Shown: positions 61,101-64,000 of the stretch, piece after piece
Numbering within the stretch: position 1 is the stretch's first letter
Layout: every line of letters begins with the position of its first letter
DNA from: Okamejei kenojei
Taxonomy: Eukaryota
DNA: 64,000 bases
Assembly: GCA_035221665.1 (NCBI GenBank)
Contig: CM069140.1
Span: 16,182,001-16,246,000 of the forward strand
Direction of reading: 5' to 3'
Made by a program: the position numbers and the translations under genes
The notes under the pieces: model-generated
Told to the model about the DNA's origin: nothing
Database searches by the model: none
Seen by the model: only the letters and a program-made list of their open reading frames with translations

Positions 61101-62256
61101 CCAATTCTATTGGCCTGGAATGGCCAAATATATCCGAGACCGAGTTTCTGCCTGCTCCACGTGCAACAGTCTTGCGCCACACCAGCAGCGACAGCCCCTG
61201 CTGCAACAGCCCGCCCCTGCTTTGGCCTGGTCCTCGCTGGCTGCCGACATATTCGAGTGGCGTGGTAACCACTACCTTGTCCTGGTCGACTCGTACACAA
61301 ACTGGTTCGAAGTGGATTTGCTGACATCCCTCACGTCGGAGATGGTGATCCGAAAGCTGCGGAAACACTTCTCCACTTTTGGGACCCCTGTCAGGCTGCA
61401 GACTGACAACGGCAGGCAGTTTACAAGCCGAGAATTCAAAAGTTTTGCCGACAAGTGGAACTTCGTGCATTTCACCAGCAGCCCAGAGTACCCACAGAGC
61501 AACGGCCTAGCAGAACGGGCCGTCCGCAGCGCCAAGCTTCTGATGGAACAGGCGCGACTATCTAACTCTGATTTGTATTTGGATCTCCTGAACCTCAGGA
61601 ATGTTTCCAGGGATCCGGCCATGGGGTCACCTGCTCAGTGTCTGATGTCCAGAACTACCAGATCCACCGTCCCGATTGCCCAGCGCCAGCTGCAACCTCG
61701 GGTGCTGGAGCCCGCCTCCGTGCAGAGGCGAATTCAAGAGAAACATGACAGCCAGCGGCGTTCCCACGATCGGTCGTGCAGACCACTCGATCCTCTGTTG
61801 CCCGGACAGGTTGTTCGATTGCAGACCGCCAGTGGTCACTACCGTCTGGCCACCGTGGTTGGGGTGGCCGACTCACCTCGTTCGTATCTGGTCGACTGTG
61901 AAGGTTCCATCTACCGAAGAAGCCGACAACACCTGCTTGCGGTTAATGAGCCACAGCCGCAGCCCCCTGGGCCCTATGCCCCTCCACTCTCCTATCAGCA
62001 GCCGGCTGCCGCCCCGGCTGGTGTTCCCTGCATGCCTCGGTCCCCGTCGCGGGCGCCTCGTTTCCCTCTGCGCGGGTCCCCTGTTGCCGATCGCGGTTCT
62101 CCCTCTCCTGTTTCTCCCACCCCAATGCCCTTCCCTGGTTCCCCAGCTGCCTTGCGTCCTCCTGCTTCTTCTGCTCTTTCGGGGGGAGGGGGAGACGTCC
62201 GTACGCGCTCGGGCAGGATCAGTAAGCCGCCTGTTCGCTACGGCGATTTCGTTTAA
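58105..62256 (+). CDS. Gag-Pol polyprotein (1383 aa): Gag, CCHC knuckle, protease, RT, RNase H, integrase
   Basis: GCCATGG Kozak start; CNFCKKLNHFSASC; LDTGA; IVDD; CDAS/EKELLA/TDHQPL; HSGH..CSTC, ADIF, TDNG, NGLAER; C-terminal TRSGR..PPVRY. Confidence 0.96.
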   Translation: MASSCRKPEQLVFDADISERWATFEFDFTHFVNVAHRADPDSLKASLLLNLVGPDAMKRARTFTYAPAVLGVDDEVITPAESADDPACLLRKFREICDLPSNRILERARFFTRRQLPDEPVECFIADLRHLAQRCRFGDMTDQLTRDILVTGMRDQKLRCELLRNPDLTLDKAMHACRLSEVVVLQEDHRDSGNKSVNLAGFRSPQPRVGNNVFLPRARPGPGDVPRKRCPNCNYMHHRLSTCPAFGKTCNFCKKLNHFSASCRLLRSRGSQAQASSPSLNMLAQSDLCFDSQPNLVECNGAEPINSAEDSHVFTLLQTPAHRNDPSVPVTVNGITFSAKLDTGAKVNVLSMNLFNKIRNNEPLVVDDATLHAYGGEILRPAGRATLTCVLQKATRNLVFYVLNSDCVTLLGNRACQDLGLVSFDRTVHKVQLSFDPVAEYQDLFDDDLGKLPVSYHISIDPNIQPVVRAPHRVSHAMKDKVEATLNEMVEKGVLVAVSEPTDWVSTMVATIKKDKNEIRVCINPKDLNLAIRRPHYPMRSVEDVAAKVGQATIFSVLDAKNSFWQIPLDKASSDLTTFATPFGRFKFLRMPFGINSASEVFQRTMEQLFADLPCAIIVDDILVYGKDIAEHDLNLRRVLDCARRSHLKLNPKKCRFRVSEVTYVGHVFTPNGLKPDPLKAAAISKMAAPTDVPGLQRFLGMVNYLGKFIPNLSELSAPLRQLTKKDIAWAWLPYHQQAFDRLKSKLISTPTLRFFDVGRPITVTCDASKFGLGASCLQSVDGSLHPVSYASRTMTDTEQRYAQIEKELLAVVFACSKFRDFLFGSRFTVETDHQPLVTILNKPIHAAPARLQRMMLQLQRFDFDIIYKKGTEMHIADTLSRAPRTSCARHPYETEDLLVLGVNFIPTKQLQVLAEHTAADPVLQQLASVIKAGWPTKRSAAPSETQPFFLVRDELVLQDGVIVKGHKVVVPSSLFDFYFCAAHSGHPGVDATLAHAQCQFYWPGMAKYIRDRVSACSTCNSLAPHQQRQPLLQQPAPALAWSSLAADIFEWRGNHYLVLVDSYTNWFEVDLLTSLTSEMVIRKLRKHFSTFGTPVRLQTDNGRQFTSREFKSFADKWNFVHFTSSPEYPQSNGLAERAVRSAKLLMEQARLSNSDLYLDLLNLRNVSRDPAMGSPAQCLMSRTTRSTVPIAQRQLQPRVLEPASVQRRIQEKHDSQRRSHDRSCRPLDPLLPGQVVRLQTASGHYRLATVVGVADSPRSYLVDCEGSIYRRSRQHLLAVNEPQPQPPGPYAPPLSYQQPAAAPAGVPCMPRSPSRAPRFPLRGSPVADRGSPSPVSPTPMPFPGSPAALRPPASSALSGGGGDVRTRSGRISKPPVRYGDFV

Positions 62257-62317
62257 TTCTGCTGTTTAATTCGGTTGTCGTGACAACAATCTGTTTTTTG
62301 ATTTCTAAGGGGAAGGA

Positions 62318-62504
62318 TGTAGATGGTTTATATGCAACCAATAATATAGTTACCTCACTCCCATTAACCCCGCCCAGTTAACATCAATCATAACGCCTTC
62401 CCCTCAGTAGGAAAATGTAGCCGGTGCTTGAAGGTGTATGTAATACCCAGTGCTATCATTAAAAGATGTTGCACACTTAAGAGCTTGTAAAGTTTTCATT
62501 TACA
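62318..62504 (+). repeat. 3' LTR
   Basis: Identical to the 5' LTR; followed by the CACAC TSD. Confidence 0.97.
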
Positions 62505-63392
62505 CACACTGTATCATTCTATGACTATGACATCTCTAGTATTACATGGACAGCATCTAAAGTTTCATATAATCCCCAAGCCATTTTTAAATCCCATTTC
62601 AGGTGTGGTTGGGATGGGGTGATAGGTTCTGATTCTGCCTGGATTCAGCAAATAGTACTATGCACACAGGGATCCCATAAATCATTGTTATTGCTAAAAG
62701 ATATTTCCTGCTTTAGGGTGTGTCCCACTTTCACAACCTAATTCACAACCTTTTTTACTCGAGGACATTTTTCATCAGGCTAGAAAAACGCCCCGGCCTA
62801 CTTGATGCCACGAGTACCTACGACTAGCATCACGACTAGCATCAGGCCCTTTTGGTTATATAATTTTGTTTGATTTCTGAGTAAATCTTTAAAAGAACAG
62901 TTGAGACATTGACGGAGCTGAGATAAAGCTATTTATTTTGGACCATTTGCTCCGCCAAATATCCTTTCCCTGACACTTCCTGTGTTTTACCAAGGGAAAC
63001 AAGTTAATGTCTTTGATAACTTTATTTCTCAGAAAATCCATGCGGTAATTCAATTCAGCAAATACCACACATCCTCTCATTCGCAAGCGAAGCAGAATAG
63101 GGCCCAAAAAGGTTGAATTTCCAAGTAAAGGTATTTTTCAGTTCAAATAAAATGAAATTTCTGTTGATTTAATTTTGCTGAGGCTCTAATTGTCTTAAAT
63201 TTAGCTGAATATCATTTCCATATTTTCTGTGAAATTATGAAAAACTGTTCCATTTTGCATCAGTGTGATGGTAACGAAAAATAAGATTATACAACTGGAG
63301 AACTTCCGGCATTTCTTTTATAGGCTATGTTTCGTCCTTTGTTCAAGTAGGATCGTTTTCTGCGTAGATTATCTTTTTATCGTGAATTTATC

Positions 63393-63747
63393 GCCCAACA
63401 TGCCCACACCGGCCGACATGTCCCAGCTACACTAGTCCCACCTGCCTGTGCTTGGTCCAACCGGACCTATCCATGTACCTATCTAACTGTCTCTTAAACG
63501 TTGGGAAAGTCGCAGCCTCAACTATCTCCTCTGGCAGCTTGTTACATACACCCACCATTACGGGTGAGATATTATCTTTTGAAATGCTAGTTTTAGTTTC
63601 AAGCTGACTTCTGCAGACACAACAAACTCGCAAAGATTAATTCTTTTTGCACAGGAAACACATGACAGTGCTGATGGTTAATGTAGAAAAATCACACTGA
63701 TTCCCAATAGGATTACGCGCACATTAAAATTAATTCTTTATCAACTT
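63393..63747 (-). repeat. Right copy of the ~355-bp inverted duplication
   Basis: Reverse complement of 57447-57802 with about ten differences counted by eye. Confidence 0.92.
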
Positions 63748-64000
63748 CACGTTTTCCCATGAGTCCAGACATACACCTCATAAAAAAATGTTAAATATGT
63801 TCAAAAAGGATAATGTGATGCCAAATGTCAACAAAGTTGACGTATGCCGATTCAGGAAAATGAACCACTCTTCCTTATTTGTTAATATCGGCCCATGTTG
63901 AGGAGCAAGTTCTTCCTCAGTTAATGGCTTTTTAAAACTTAATTCTCAAGATGCGGACAACTTTACAAATACATTAATTGAGTCATACGGCATGGAAACA

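Larger units (their letters stand above)
57823..62504 (+). mobile_element. Intact Gypsy (Mag/K02A2.6-like) LTR retrotransposon
   Basis: Identical 187-bp TG...CA LTRs, 5-bp TSD CACAC, PBS TGGTGTCA at 58010, PPT AAGGGGAAGGA 62307-62317, single open gag-pol. Confidence 0.97.

Noticed and set aside
58491-62269. Many antisense and alternate-frame ORFs in the Gypsy element, including a 197-aa ORF near the 3' end
   Set aside because: No signal/TM architecture or motifs of an env gene; expected by-products of GC-rich pol

Overview
Eukaryotic vertebrate genomic DNA, very likely a cartilaginous fish (skate/ray-like repeat landscape: HE1/V-type tRNA SINEs, CR1, Rex1/Babar, Penelope, L1, DIRS). The taxon is inferred from repeats and synteny, not verified. 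Host genes follow the conserved CDC14A-GPR88-VCAM1 order: five 3' coding exons of CDC14A (+, 1036-20856), a GPR88-like ORF that has lost NRY/TM4/most of TM5 but stays open through compensating frameshifts (+, 28528-29295), and two isolated VCAM1-like Ig exons on the opposite strand (42763-43450). Mobile DNA includes a decayed IR/DR Tc1 element, nested hAT elements inside a SINE, a palindromic THAP-derived element, L1/DIRS/Rex1 fragments, and an intact Mag-type Gypsy LTR retrotransposon with identical 187-bp LTRs (57823-62504). The most striking observation is two copies of a ~140-nt promoterless retroposon (23837-23972 and 49576-49716, minus strand). Its first 54 nt fold by hand as a minimal HDV/CPEB3-like self-cleaving ribozyme starting exactly at the target-site-duplication boundary, followed by a stem-loop and a (GAA)n tail. 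Many Penelope-derived termini also carry minimal hammerhead-ribozyme cores, often in palindromic, TSD-flanked units. All calls are by eye; no searches or folding programs were run.
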